Of a stretch of DNA of 64,000 nt, positions 1 to 10,498 are shown piece by piece (position 1 is the stretch's first letter; every line of letters begins with the position of its first letter). The stretch comes from an uncultured Verrucomicrobiae bacterium. GTDB taxonomy: Bacteria > Verrucomicrobiota > Verrucomicrobiia > Chthoniobacterales > JAFAMB01. The DNA is taken from the NCBI GenBank assembly GCA_963762565.1, contig CAVXLD010000001.1:608001-672000 (forward strand). Reading direction: 5' to 3'. A program made the position numbers and the translations under genes. The notes under the pieces are model-generated. The model ran no database searches. It was not told where the DNA came from and saw only the letters and a program-made list of their open reading frames with translations.

Positions 1-1389
1 TCGCGGTACATTATCCTGCAATAAAACAGCAAATCGACCAAGGGAAGGACCCAAGTGTGTCCCGGCCCCCAGAATATTGAACTCCTCCCGAATCAATCCA
101 GAACGTTGGACTCGACGCCAACCCTGCCCGCCGGCACGCCTTTAAGTCAGCCCTATTGGCTGCGCGAAGAAGGTACTGCAGGAATGTTCCGAGTTGATGA
201 TCCTTCATTGATCGGTCGCCCGGAGAATCCGCGCCCTTTCCCCATCGAATACGTTTTCGAAGTTGGCGGCCAGACACTGGTCATTCCGGACGAGCCAGTG
301 CAGATCACTACGAATTCCGAGAATAGTGAAGTTCACCGTCGCATGGAGGTGATTCCGCCGGTCTCGCTTGATTTTGCTTCTGACATTGCGCTGTTCGCTC
401 CGGGAACATCTCATCCGGTTGAAGTTGAAATCGTCGCGTCTCGCGCGGATTCGAACGGCACTTTGCGATTGGAAGCGCCTCAAGGCTGGAAGGTTTCACC
501 TGCCGAGCAATCATTCCATCTAAAGACCATCGGCGAACGGGCGCAGTTCACATTCACCATCACTGCCCCAGCGCAATCGGACACAGCCAAGATTATCGCC
601 GATGCGGAAATCGGGAAGGCGCATTACCAACCGGCCGCATCGAAATCAATTACCCACATATCCCGCCAATTTTGCTTCAGCCGCTGGCCAGTTTGAAAGC
701 CATCAGTCTCGAACTCGCAACTCGCGGTCACACGGTTGGCTATCTGCCGGGCGCAGGCGACAGCGTGGCTGAAAACCTGAAACAAATGGGTTATGCCGTC
801 AGGACGTTTGGACGATACGAATCTCACGCCGGAAGAATTGCACGGGCTCGATGCCGTGGTGATTGGCGTTCGCGCTTTCAATGTCCGCAACAATATTGGG
901 TCAGAATTGCCGGTGCTGTTTCGCTATGTCGAAAATGGCGGCACCATCGTTGCCCAATACAACCGGCCGGACGGGTTGAAAACGAACGAACTCGCGCCAT
1001 TTGAATTGCATCTGTCGGCCGATCGCGTCACAGACGAAACCGCGGCCGCCACATTTCTCGCCCCGGATAATCCGGTGTTGAACACACCGAACAAAATCAC
1101 CAGCGCGGATTTTGACGGTTGGGTGCAGGAGCGCGGAATTTATTTCCCGGACCAATGGGACGACCATTTCACGCCGATTCTCGCCTTCAATGATCCCGGC
1201 GAGTCGCCGCTCAAAGGCGGGCTCTTGGTCGCGCAATATGGCAAAGGTTATTTCGTTTATACCGGTCTGGTGTTTTTTCGGGAGCTTCCCGCCGGCGTGC
1301 CCGGAGCTTTCCGTTTATTTGCCAATCTGATTTCACTCGGCGTGGCCGACGAAGTGAAAGGCGGAGATGCGGCGAAGTCTGCCAAATGA
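1..1389 (+). CDS. LmbE/PIG-L family large deacetylase-like protein, C-terminal part (Ig-like/NEW3-type domain + class I GATase-like domain); 5' end outside window, two frameshifts
   Basis: ORFs 55-696, 672-1004 and 793-1389 join into one protein with SQPYWLR, VGYLPGAGDSV, DAVVIGVRAFN, FDGWVQERGIYF and FFRELPAGVPGAFRLFANL, typical of the long LmbE-like protein C-terminus; frame breaks near 635 and 805. Confidence 0.75.
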
Positions 1390-1527
1390 AACGTCCACAG
1401 TTGAACCTGAAAGTGACGAGACCGGCCTGCCGTGGTTGCGCACCTGGAAAGCGTCTATCTTTTGGTGATCATCCACTTCGTTCTTTGGATCGTTTTGCTG
1501 GTCGCCTTGACGGATTTCTTTTCATGA
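1386..1527 (+). CDS. small single-TM membrane peptide preceding the symporter (frameshifted in this assembly)
   Basis: Reading across two apparent indels gives ...ETGLPWLRTWKxVYLLVIIHFVLWIVLLVALTDFFS*; its stop overlaps the symporter ATG (ATGA at 1524-1527). Confidence 0.5.
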
Positions 1528-3237
1528 GCGCGCTGGATTTCGTTGTTCTCATCGGCTCGATGCTCGGCATCGCCGTCTATGGGATCTGGCGCACCCGAGG
1601 AAATCGCGGACTGAACACATACTTGAAGGGCGATAGCAAGACCGCGTGGTTCGCCATTGGTCTTTCGGTCATGGCCACTCAAGCCAGCGCCATCACTTTT
1701 CTATCGACCCCTGGGCAGGGATACCTGGGCGGACTTGGGTTTCGTGCAAATTTATTTCGGAATGCCGGTTGCCTTGATTATTATTGCCGCCGTTTTCCTG
1801 CCGATTTTTCGGCGGCTTAATGTTTATACCGCCTACGAATATCTTGGACGGCGTTTCGACACCAAAACCCGTCTGCTTGGGGCAGCTTTATTTCTTGTCC
1901 AACGCGGACTGGGCGCAGGGCTGACGATTTACGCGCCCTCGATTGTGCTCGCGACTGTCTTTGGCTGGCCGCTCGATTTGACGATTATCAGCAGCGGATT
2001 GGTCGTGATTATCTATACCGTGATGGGTGGGAGCAGCGCCGTCACCGTAACGCAAAAATATCAACTGGCCGTCATCTTCGCGGGCATGGTCACCGCATTT
2101 TGCCTGGTGGTGGCGAAGTTGCCCGCCGGGCTCTCCTTTACGGACACCTTTGCCCTGGCGGGTGGGTTTCAGAAACTCAACGCCGTGAATTTTTCAACCA
2201 ATGTTCATGAGCGCTATACATTTTGGTCGGGCTTGCTTGGTGGAACATTCCTGATGCTGGCGTATTTCGGCACTGATCAATCGCAGGTTCAGCGCTATCT
2301 TTCAGGCGCTTCTTTGCGCGAAGGCCGGCTTGGCCTCATGTTCAACGCCGTCTGCAAGATCCCGATGCAGTTCTTTATTCTGCTGCTCGGCGTGCTGATT
2401 TTTGTCTTTTATCAATTCGAACAACCGCCGTTGTTTTTCAATGCAGCCTTAAGCCATTATCTCGCGGAGCATCGCTCTGACGAACAGTTGCACGCTTATG
2501 AAACGGATTTCCATTCGCTCCACGATCAGGCAAACCAGCGGCTCAAAGAGTGGTTAAAAGCGAGACACGACGGCGACCGATCCGCAGCGGCTGCGGCATT
2601 CGCCGGCGCGCTGACCGCGCATCAACAGGGCGAGAAAATCCGCGAGGAGGCTGAGAAATCGTTGTCGCAGATAAGTTCCAGCACCACGGCGACCGACGCC
2701 GATTATGTGTTTATCACTTTTATCCTGCAACAATTGCCGCACGGTGTCATCGGTCTGCTGGTGGCGGCATTTTTCGCCGCTGCACTTTCCTCAAAGGCCG
2801 CCGAACTCAACGCGCTCGGTTCCAGCACCACCGTTGACTTTTATCGGCAAATCATCAAACGCGACGCAACGGATCAACACTGCTTGGTAGCCTCAAAATG
2901 GTTCACCGCATTTTGGGGACTGGTCGCAATTGCCTTCGCCCTCTACGCTCATCTGGTCGAGAATTTGATTCAGGCGGTGAACATTCTCGGCTCGATTTTT
3001 TACGGCGTGATGCTCGGTCTTTTTGTCGTGGCATTTTTCATACGGCACGTTGGCGGCACGGCCGTTTTTTGGTCGGCGCTGGTATCGCAGACACTCGTCT
3101 TTGTCCTCTACTTCACTCTCACCATTTCCTATCTCTGGTATCCGCTGATCGGCTGCGCCGCGTGCGTGATTTTAAGCATCATTCTGCAGAGCTTTTTTAA
3201 CGCCGTTGGAGAAACCGGTAAGAAAAGCAGGACATGA
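1524..3237 (+). CDS. sodium:solute symporter (SSS family), frameshift near 1740
   Basis: MSALDFVVL...GLSVMATQASAITFLSTPG in one frame continues as FVQIYFGMP...YTAYEYLGRRFD...YFGTDQSQVQRYL in ORF 1657-3237; many TM segments. Confidence 0.9.
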
Positions 3238-4004
3238 CGGCTCCAATCATTTGTTTTGGCCAGCAGCCGTGCGGGTTTTTCCCGAAGCGTTTTCTATTTG
3301 CAAAAATTCAAACTGCGCGCCGGCTGCAAAGTGAAATCGGTGGTGAGATCGTTTTCTTCTTTCACGACAGTGATCATGATCCGCGCGAAACCAGAACCAT
3401 CCTGCGCCACCGTAAAACCAATGAGCCGGCGCAACTTAACTTTGCTTTTAAGAATAACATTCAGCGCAGATTTTCACCGCTTTATCTCAAAGAAATTCCC
3501 GACGGTTGGCAGGATAAAACCGCGCGACAATTGCCAAATTATATCCGCCCTGATCTGACGGCGGTTTTTAGAAGAGTATCTGCCGCGAATGTCGCGGACT
3601 TCTGCCTGGAGATGTATCGATCTCTGGGCTTGCTCGATAATATTCGCGTCGTGCGTTCGAGTACCCCGGATTTTCGCCAGGCGGCTTGTAACATCCCGGA
3701 TTTTTTTGTGGACGTTCCACACGAAGATGAAATTGTCCGTGCCCGTTTTATCGACGGCGCTTTGAAACTGCACAAAGGCGGAGGCTCATTCTTGACCCTG
3801 CCGCTGACGGCATTCACCAAGCAGCAAATCAGTCCAACCCGCGATACCCGGTTGCGCTGGATGCAGTCTGTGGTGAATTGCAGCCATTACATTGCCGGCG
3901 CGGGCGAAAAGGATTATCTTTGTCCGGAGGAAACTCCGGAAATCAATTTTATCAATCGAGACCCCATTGACCGATCCGATGAAGCCTACACTGAACTCCC
4001 CTAA
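3234..4004 (+). CDS. compact BshC-like protein (putative bacillithiol cysteine-adding enzyme homologue)
   Basis: Motifs GQQP.GFF...K...ARRL, VFFFHDSDHD..E and HYIAGAGE..Y parallel BshC GQQ / VFW..EDHD..E / YVGGPGE..Y; lies directly upstream of bshB1-bshA; only 256 aa. Confidence 0.6.
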   Translation: MTAPIICFGQQPCGFFPKRFLFAKIQTARRLQSEIGGEIVFFFHDSDHDPRETRTILRHRKTNEPAQLNFAFKNNIQRRFSPLYLKEIPDGWQDKTARQLPNYIRPDLTAVFRRVSAANVADFCLEMYRSLGLLDNIRVVRSSTPDFRQAACNIPDFFVDVPHEDEIVRARFIDGALKLHKGGGSFLTLPLTAFTKQQISPTRDTRLRWMQSVVNCSHYIAGAGEKDYLCPEETPEINFINRDPIDRSDEAYTELP

Positions 4005-4714
4005 ACTTGCGCCATCACTGGCCTTTGGCGCGCACCCCGACGACATCGAATTTGGCTGTGGCGGTATCGCCGCCGCCGAAACGCAGGCCAGACGCCAGGT
4101 GCATTTTGTCGTTTGTTCGCGCGGCGAATCTGGAACGCATGGCACGCCGAGACAACGGATGGCTGAAGCAAAAAAATCCGCCGCCCTGCTCGGTGCGACG
4201 ATTGAATTCATCAAATTGGCCGGTGATGCGCACCTTGAAATTCGCGTTTCCTACACCATTCGATTGGCAGAAATCTTCCGGCGTATCCGTCCGGAAGTTG
4301 TGCTGGCGCCGAGCCCCGTCGAAAACCAGCATCCCGATCATGCCCGTCTGGGAAAATTAGTGCGGGATGCCGCGAGACTCGCCCGTTTCGGTGGTTTGCA
4401 GGAGTTGCGCGGTCAACCACCCCATGCCATCAAACAATTATTTTTTTATGCCATCACCCCAGAAGCTGAGCCGGCCAATATTACTCCGGTGCTGATTGAT
4501 GTTTCGGCGCCTGAAATTGTTGCTGCGTGGACCGCAGCCATGAAGGCGCATGCGTCGCAAATGCTCGACCCGCAATTACATCGATTTGCAACTCACCCGC
4601 GCCCGTTTGTTCGGTGCCCGCGCCGGAGTTGAGTATGCCATCGCTCTTTTTCCAAACGAGCCACTCGTCTTTGAGTCGCTAGCCCAGGCGGGACGAGGCG
4701 CGCGACGATTTTGA
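3979..4714 (+). CDS. bshB1: PIG-L family deacetylase, BshB1-like (GlcNAc-malate deacetylase); frameshift near 4565
   Basis: [21 protein letters not shown] metal motifs and HASQ; the C-terminus continues in another frame to ...ARRF* at 4714; adjacent to bshA. Confidence 0.75.
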
Positions 4715-4715
4715 T

Positions 4716-5853
4716 ATGGATTCAGCCGGCGGCCGATTGAGAATCGGCATCACTTGTTATCCCTCGGTTGGCGGGAGCGGCATTCTTGCCTCGGCGCTAG
4801 GAGAAGAACTGGCCGATCGAGGGCATGAGGTGCATTTCATCAGCTACGAACGTCCGTTTCGCATGCAGCGGAAAGTCTCCCCGGATCTTTTTTCATCCGG
4901 TAGTGATCAACGATTACGGATTGTTCAAGTATCCCGATTATACTTTGCCGCTGTCGGTGAAAATGGCCGAAGTCAGTCGGGACTATCACCTCGACATTCT
5001 GCATGTTCATTACGCTGTGCCCCATGCCACGGCAGCGATTCTTGCGCGGTCGATGTTGCCTCCTGAGCAACAGCCCCGCGTGGTGACCACCTTGCATGGC
5101 ACTGACACTACATTGCTCGGTCGCGATCCCGGTTATCGTCCGGCCATCCACCACGCATTGACTCACTCAGACGCGGTCACGGTCGTTTCGGAGTTTCTGA
5201 GACGGGAGACGCAGCGAGTGCTCAGTTTTGACGGACCGATGGAAGTCATCCACAATTTTTTTGAACCGCAAGCACCCCTGCGTTCGCGCGAAGAAGTGCG
5301 GCAGGAACTCGGGTTGCGCGAAGAAGTGCTGCTGTTTCATTCCTCTAATCTGCGGCCCCTGAAACGAATCGATTTGCTGCTTGAAACCGTCGCGCGCATC
5401 CGCCCGCGCGAGTCGTGGAAACTCGTCATTCTAGCGGGCGGAGATTTTTCACCATATCGCAGCGAGGTGCGCCGGCTAGGATTGGAAGACCGAGTGATCG
5501 TGCGGGAAAACGTCAGACAGATTGAAGATTACTTGCAAGCTGCCGACATCGGATTGTTCACCTCCGAAACGGAGAGTTTTTGTTTGAGCATTCTCGAAGC
5601 GATGTGTTTTGCCTGCCCAAGTATCGCGCCACAGGTGGGAGGAATTCCCGAAGTTGTTCAGGACAACATAACCGGACTGCTCGTCCCGTTCGGTGATACC
5701 GAAAAAATGGCGCTTGCCGCCGAGGATCTCATTCAGAATCCGGCGCGGCGCAAGACGCTTGGCCGTGCCGCTCAGTTACGTGCCCGGAAGGAGTTTTCCG
5801 CAAGCGTCATCGTGCCTCGTTACGAAGCACTGTACCATCGACTCTGTGGTTAA
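4716..5853 (+). CDS. bshA: N-acetyl-alpha-D-glucosaminyl L-malate synthase (GT4); frameshift near 4870
   Basis: [49 protein letters not shown] and [11 protein letters not shown] are BshA signature motifs. Confidence 0.9.
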
Positions 5854-5931
5854 TTACGTTTCTGTTGGCCGCGACTGCTAACTCGGATTGGCGCCCAAAA
5901 AGAGAAGTCACGTCTCATCTTGAGGCTTCCA

Positions 5932-6252
5932 CTACTCAACGACGTTCACCATCCCGGTCTGAATGTATGGCAGAGCTTGCAAAAGTTTAGGCATGAGCGG
6001 CCTGGTGTCGGCCAAGCGGTTGCTCGGTGCTCGCAGCACAATCACCTTTATTGGAGACGCGGCGAGATTCTGCTGGAAGGCGATGTTAGTGTCCATCGTC
6101 ACAAGAACCTCATAGCCGGATTCGCTAGCCTTTATAAGCAGTAGGCCATTCTGAACTCCGGCCCATCCTAGCCGCACAACCGACTCCACGTCATGCCCAA
6201 GCAATTCTCTGCCTAGCCGCCAATCCAGGTTTTCATCGAGTAAAATACGCAT
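5932..6252 (-). CDS. DUF5615/VapC45-like PIN-domain toxin
   Basis: MRILLDENL...LVTMD PIN-like motif; translationally coupled to the DUF433 gene. Confidence 0.85.
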   Translation of the reverse strand: MRILLDENLDWRLGRELLGHDVESVVRLGWAGVQNGLLLIKASESGYEVLVTMDTNIAFQQNLAASPIKVIVLRAPSNRLADTRPLMPKLLQALPYIQTGMVNVVE

Positions 6253-6461
6253 CAGTCATGCGCCAGCGCATGCACCTTCGCTTCCTCGAGCAAAACGAGA
6301 ACCTGTTCCCGCTTTACGCTCGGAAAACCTTCGAGAAAATCTTCGATCGAATCTCCGGCTTCTAGATGGTCAAAGAAGCTTCTAATCGGCACCCTAGTCC
6401 CTGCGAAGACCGGTTCGCCGCCGAGAATATTCGGGTCACGCAAAACGACTTTAGCCATCAA
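6252..6461 (-). CDS. DUF433 antitoxin
   Basis: DPNILGGEPVFAGTRVP...G.SIEDFLEGFPSV, the DUF433 consensus. Confidence 0.9.
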   Translation of the reverse strand: MMAKVVLRDPNILGGEPVFAGTRVPIRSFFDHLEAGDSIEDFLEGFPSVKREQVLVLLEEAKVHALAHD

Positions 6462-6571
6462 GAGAACTTAGTGCGGCGGTCGGTCTTTTTCGAGTCTTAA
6501 CTCTAGAACCTGATTTTTGTTTGTTCCAAAGCCGATTATTGGCTGCCCAGGGTCCCAAATTGAAACGTTAC

Positions 6572-7438
6572 TCAAGGTGCAGCGATATCGACGAACGCCT
6601 TAACGAGGTCTGGCACTGCAGATTTCGCTAAACTCAGAAACAGATATGGCTCGATCAGTTCCAGCTCCATCAGAGTGAACTTTCCGCCAACAGCTACACC
6701 GTCGACGCGGGCAAACAGAAGCGGTCCCTCAATCGCGTTTACGACATTTTGTGCAGCCTCAATATGATCTGGAGGCGGTATGGCTAAATCGAAACTTCCT
6801 CCATGCTCTATTTGGGTCCGGAATTCGCCTGATTTCGGCCGCTTCAATACCGCATGGCTATATTTCTTGTTAAAGAACAAGAGAGACCATTCCCCTTCGG
6901 TTTCAACCACGTCGAGATACTCCTGGATCAGGCCCCCCGACACACGAAATATTCGATCGATCTGCTCCTGGTCGAGGTGCTCGCCTCCGACCAGTACAGT
7001 GCGGTGGCCGGATGCTGAGACCCTCGGTTTCACTACGGCGCGCTGCCAACCTTGACTTCGCAGTACCTCTCTTAGGTCGATGCGGTCGCCCTTCTCGACC
7101 CAAACCGTGGGCGGTACCTTAAAACCGTTTTCGTGAAGTTCGCGTAGATAAATTTTATCGATGTTCCAGCGAATTAAGTTTGGACGGTTCCAGATTGAGA
7201 GTCCGAGCTCTTCGATTTTGGTGAGCCATTGCAGAAAGGCTTCATGCCGATGTTGATAATCCCAGCAGGATCGGATCACGATCGAACTAAACCTCGACCA
7301 ATCGACTGAGCCGTCGGACCAAACCGCCGCCTCGGCGGTGAGGCCAAGGCGGGCGAGCTCACGCAAAAGAAGTTGATCGTCAGGGCTCAGATCAGGCAGT
7401 CGTTCAAATGTGACAATCGCCAGGCGATTCCTCGTCAT
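6572..7438 (-). CDS. ATP-grasp ligase (RimK/glutathione-synthetase-like, DcsG-type)
   Basis: IRSCWDY, WNIDKIYL, VVKPRVS, GEWSLLFF, FARVD and LMELELIEP motifs. Confidence 0.8.
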   Translation of the reverse strand: MTRNRLAIVTFERLPDLSPDDQLLLRELARLGLTAEAAVWSDGSVDWSRFSSIVIRSCWDYQHRHEAFLQWLTKIEELGLSIWNRPNLIRWNIDKIYLRELHENGFKVPPTVWVEKGDRIDLREVLRSQGWQRAVVKPRVSASGHRTVLVGGEHLDQEQIDRIFRVSGGLIQEYLDVVETEGEWSLLFFNKKYSHAVLKRPKSGEFRTQIEHGGSFDLAIPPPDHIEAAQNVVNAIEGPLLFARVDGVAVGGKFTLMELELIEPYLFLSLAKSAVPDLVKAFVDIAAP

Positions 7439-7504
7439 GTTTCAAAGATGAAGGGAATTATTGCACAACAAGAAGGCTAAGGTCACGAAAGGCGAAAACA
7501 AAAA

Positions 7505-7576
7505 TTTCACAGCAAAGGCCCGAAGATACGAGACAGAAGATCCGTCTTTGTGGCCTTTGCGGCCTGTGCTGTGAAA
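7505..7576. repeat. gene-less hairpin of the CAAAGGCC 9-mer-arm family
   Basis: tttcacagcaaaggcccgaaga ... tctttgtggcctttgcggcctgtgctgtgaaa; arms and spacer resemble 44854-44936 and 48307-48387. Confidence 0.8.
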
Positions 7577-7772
7577 AATCATTACTGTGGCTGTCTTAGT
7601 TGCCTTTGCGTGAGACGACTCTGGGGTCACCGCCGTCTCAAAATGAGAAAAGACGTCTCAACTTGGGAGGTGTTCGTAAGCCTCGAGATCGACCGAAATC
7701 GTTTTTGTTGCCAAGCATGCGCTCGAGTGGCGGGTAATTCTCCAGAGATAACTCAGAAAGGTGCCGCATCGG

Positions 7773-7789
7773 TTGGCAGACAACTTGCT
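7773..7789 (+). promoter_or_regulatory. putative sigma54 (-24/-12) promoter of the ADOP permease
   Basis: TTGGCAGACAACTTGCT has GG-N10-GC spacing, about 35 bp before the ATG at 7825. Confidence 0.65.
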
Positions 7790-7824
7790 CTGTGATTACC
7801 AGACCAGTTTGGGGTCTAGGCTCC

Positions 7825-10293
7825 ATGCGAACCTTGTTTCACGATCTCCGCTTTGCTTTTCGTCAGCTCAGAAGGACGCCGGGGTTTGCAGTGACCGCGG
7901 TGCTGACGCTGGCGCTCGGCATCGGCGCCAACACGGCAATTTTCAGCCTGGTGAACGCCGTCCTGTTCAAACCGCTTCCAGTAACGGATCCCCAACAAAT
8001 AACGACCCTGACCTTCCGCCAGAACCACGGAGCCTTGCAGCGTCCTTTCTCTCTGCCGGAATTCGAAGCGATCCGCGCCCAAAGCCAGACCTCGTTCAGC
8101 GACGTCATGGCAGTCACGGCCGGCATAGACGGGTTTGCCGTCGAAGGGCGGAAGCCGGAACGCATCACGACAGCCTATGTCAGCGGTAATTTCTTCGATG
8201 CGCTTGGAGTGCCGCCGGCGGCAGGTCGGCTTTTTCTGCGGAGCGAAGGCGAGGTTCTCGATAGCGACCCGGTGGTGGTTCTTGACTACAACTTCTGGAA
8301 GAAGCGATTCAACGGGGATCCAAATGTGGTTGGACGGCACGTCACGATAGATGGGCATCCCCTCTCGGTTATCGGGGTAGCGCCTGAGGGATTTCATGGC
8401 TTGCCCAGTGTAGCTCTTAGAGTCGCGGCGTATTTGCCGCTGTCCCAGTTGACCCTCGAGGGGACTCCCGCAGATGTTCTGAATAGCTGGCAGACTCGGA
8501 GCGTTCTTCTCTACGGACGGCTCCGGCCAGGATTCAGCCTGACCCAGGCGGACGCTGAGCTGAATGTCGTTGCTCGCAACCTGACGCGCGAACAACCGGA
8601 TGATGAGCCCCAGCTGGAGTTGGCCGCTTATCCCGAGCAAAGTCTTCGCATCGGAACCAACCCGAGCGCGATCGTCCTGATATCCGCGATATTCCTTGGC
8701 CTGGCCGGTATGATTCTACTGCTGGCCTGCGTGAACGTGGCTAACCTGGTGCTCGTGCGAGCGACTGTGCGTGAACGCGAGATGGCGATTCGCGCAGCGC
8801 TTGGCGCCAAGGGTTCCCGGCTCCTGCAACAGATGATCACAGAGAGCGTAACCTTAGCACTGATTGGCGGCGCGGTGGGCGTGGTTCTCGGTATGTGGGC
8901 CAGCACAGCGCTTGGTCACGTCAACCTGCATCTCGATGTTCCGTTTTCGCTATCGGTAGAATTCGATTGGCGAATCTTTCTTTACGCTCTGGGGATAGCG
9001 GTGCTGGCGGGGATTGTGGTCGGGATAGTGCCTGCCCTTCGAATGGCCAAGGCTAATGTGAATGCGGTTTTGCACACAGGCGGCCGCGGCACGACCGGAG
9101 GACGTCATTGGATGCGGGACACTCTGATTATCCTGCAGATTACCGGTTCTCTGGTAATGCTGGTCGTGGCCGGCCTTTTCGTACGCAGTCTGGGAGCTCT
9201 CCAGGCAACAGATTTCGGTTTTGAACCGGGTCACGTGCTCAATCTCTCCCTCGCTACCAATTTGATTGGGATCAACGATTCGCATACCCAAGATCTGACG
9301 GACAACATCCGGGCACGCCTCCACCAACTTCCTGAGGTAATCGCCGTAAGCCAGGCCACCGAGGTTCCCATGGGCTATTTCAATGGGAATACCGCGATGC
9401 TAACGATTGATGGCGTCCCGGCTCCCGAAGATGCTCCGGCATTAACCGCAGGGTACAATGTGGTTTCACCCGAATACTTCGAAGTGATGGGGATCAGTCT
9501 ACTGAGTGGGCGCAGCTTCACAGACGGAGACGATGCACGCAGCAGAGATGTAGCGGTGATCAGCAAGGGTATGGCCAAGAAGTACTGGCCGAATGAAGAT
9601 CCCATCGGCCATACCTTCCGCCTAGCGAGCGAGAAAGCGCGCGGGCTGGAAGTGGTAGGAATCGCACCCGACGTGGAAATTTCGTCTACCCGCGGCGACA
9701 AATCGCAGCCCTACTTTTACCTCCCGTATGCACAACACGTTAAAGGAAATGGGTTCCTTACCCTGCAGTTGAAAACGCGAGGGGACCCACTGGTGCTAGC
9801 GCCAACCGCCGAAAAAGCGATCCACGAGATTTCTCCCGAGCTTCCCCTGTTTCAAGTGCAAACCATGCATGAAGCGCTCTATTCAATGAATGGATTTTTG
9901 CCTTTTCAGTTGGGAGCTAGCCTGGCGGCAACCATGGGTGGTCTCGGCTTAACGCTTGCCGTGATTGGCCTTTATGGCCTGATCTCGTACGCGGTAAGCC
10001 AGCGAGTACAAGAGATCGGCGTACGTATGGCACTGGGCGCTACCCGGGGATCGGTGTTTGGCATGATCTACCGTCAATCGATGCGGATCGTGGCAGTTGG
10101 CCTTGGGATTGGTCTGGTGGTCGCACTGCTAGTTGCGCAAACCGTCAGCAGCTTAGTGATGGTCAGCCCATGGGACCCTGTGACATTCGCCACCGTAATC
10201 TCAGCCTTGATTTTTGCCGCTCTCGCTTCCTGCTATCTGCCGGCACGCCGCGCCATGACCGTCGAACCGATGGTCGCGCTCCGCCAGGACTGA
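7825..10293 (+). CDS. ADOP-family (duplicated MacB/FtsX-like) orphan ABC permease
   Basis: MRTLFHDLRFAFRQLRRTPGF...LALGIGANTAIFS, two MacB-PCD/FtsX halves, EIGVRMALGA, PMVALRQD; no ATPase gene adjacent. Confidence 0.92.
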   Translation: MRTLFHDLRFAFRQLRRTPGFAVTAVLTLALGIGANTAIFSLVNAVLFKPLPVTDPQQITTLTFRQNHGALQRPFSLPEFEAIRAQSQTSFSDVMAVTAGIDGFAVEGRKPERITTAYVSGNFFDALGVPPAAGRLFLRSEGEVLDSDPVVVLDYNFWKKRFNGDPNVVGRHVTIDGHPLSVIGVAPEGFHGLPSVALRVAAYLPLSQLTLEGTPADVLNSWQTRSVLLYGRLRPGFSLTQADAELNVVARNLTREQPDDEPQLELAAYPEQSLRIGTNPSAIVLISAIFLGLAGMILLLACVNVANLVLVRATVREREMAIRAALGAKGSRLLQQMITESVTLALIGGAVGVVLGMWASTALGHVNLHLDVPFSLSVEFDWRIFLYALGIAVLAGIVVGIVPALRMAKANVNAVLHTGGRGTTGGRHWMRDTLIILQITGSLVMLVVAGLFVRSLGALQATDFGFEPGHVLNLSLATNLIGINDSHTQDLTDNIRARLHQLPEVIAVSQATEVPMGYFNGNTAMLTIDGVPAPEDAPALTAGYNVVSPEYFEVMGISLLSGRSFTDGDDARSRDVAVISKGMAKKYWPNEDPIGHTFRLASEKARGLEVVGIAPDVEISSTRGDKSQPYFYLPYAQHVKGNGFLTLQLKTRGDPLVLAPTAEKAIHEISPELPLFQVQTMHEALYSMNGFLPFQLGASLAATMGGLGLTLAVIGLYGLISYAVSQRVQEIGVRMALGATRGSVFGMIYRQSMRIVAVGLGIGLVVALLVAQTVSSLVMVSPWDPVTFATVISALIFAALASCYLPARRAMTVEPMVALRQD

Positions 10294-10498
10294 GAAAGCG
10301 ACGCGACTAGGGTCACGCGGACGGAGACCCGGGATCGTGTAGTGTTGCTATCTTTTCAGAATCGCGAATCGCCCTCGCCGCGCAATTACCTTGTGTTTAT
10401 GCTCGTTCGGAGCTAGAGATCCGGTCTAATATGTAGTGTCACTACGTCGTCCGACGCGCTCCAATTGAACGTCGGCCTTCCCCAGCCCCCATCCACCC

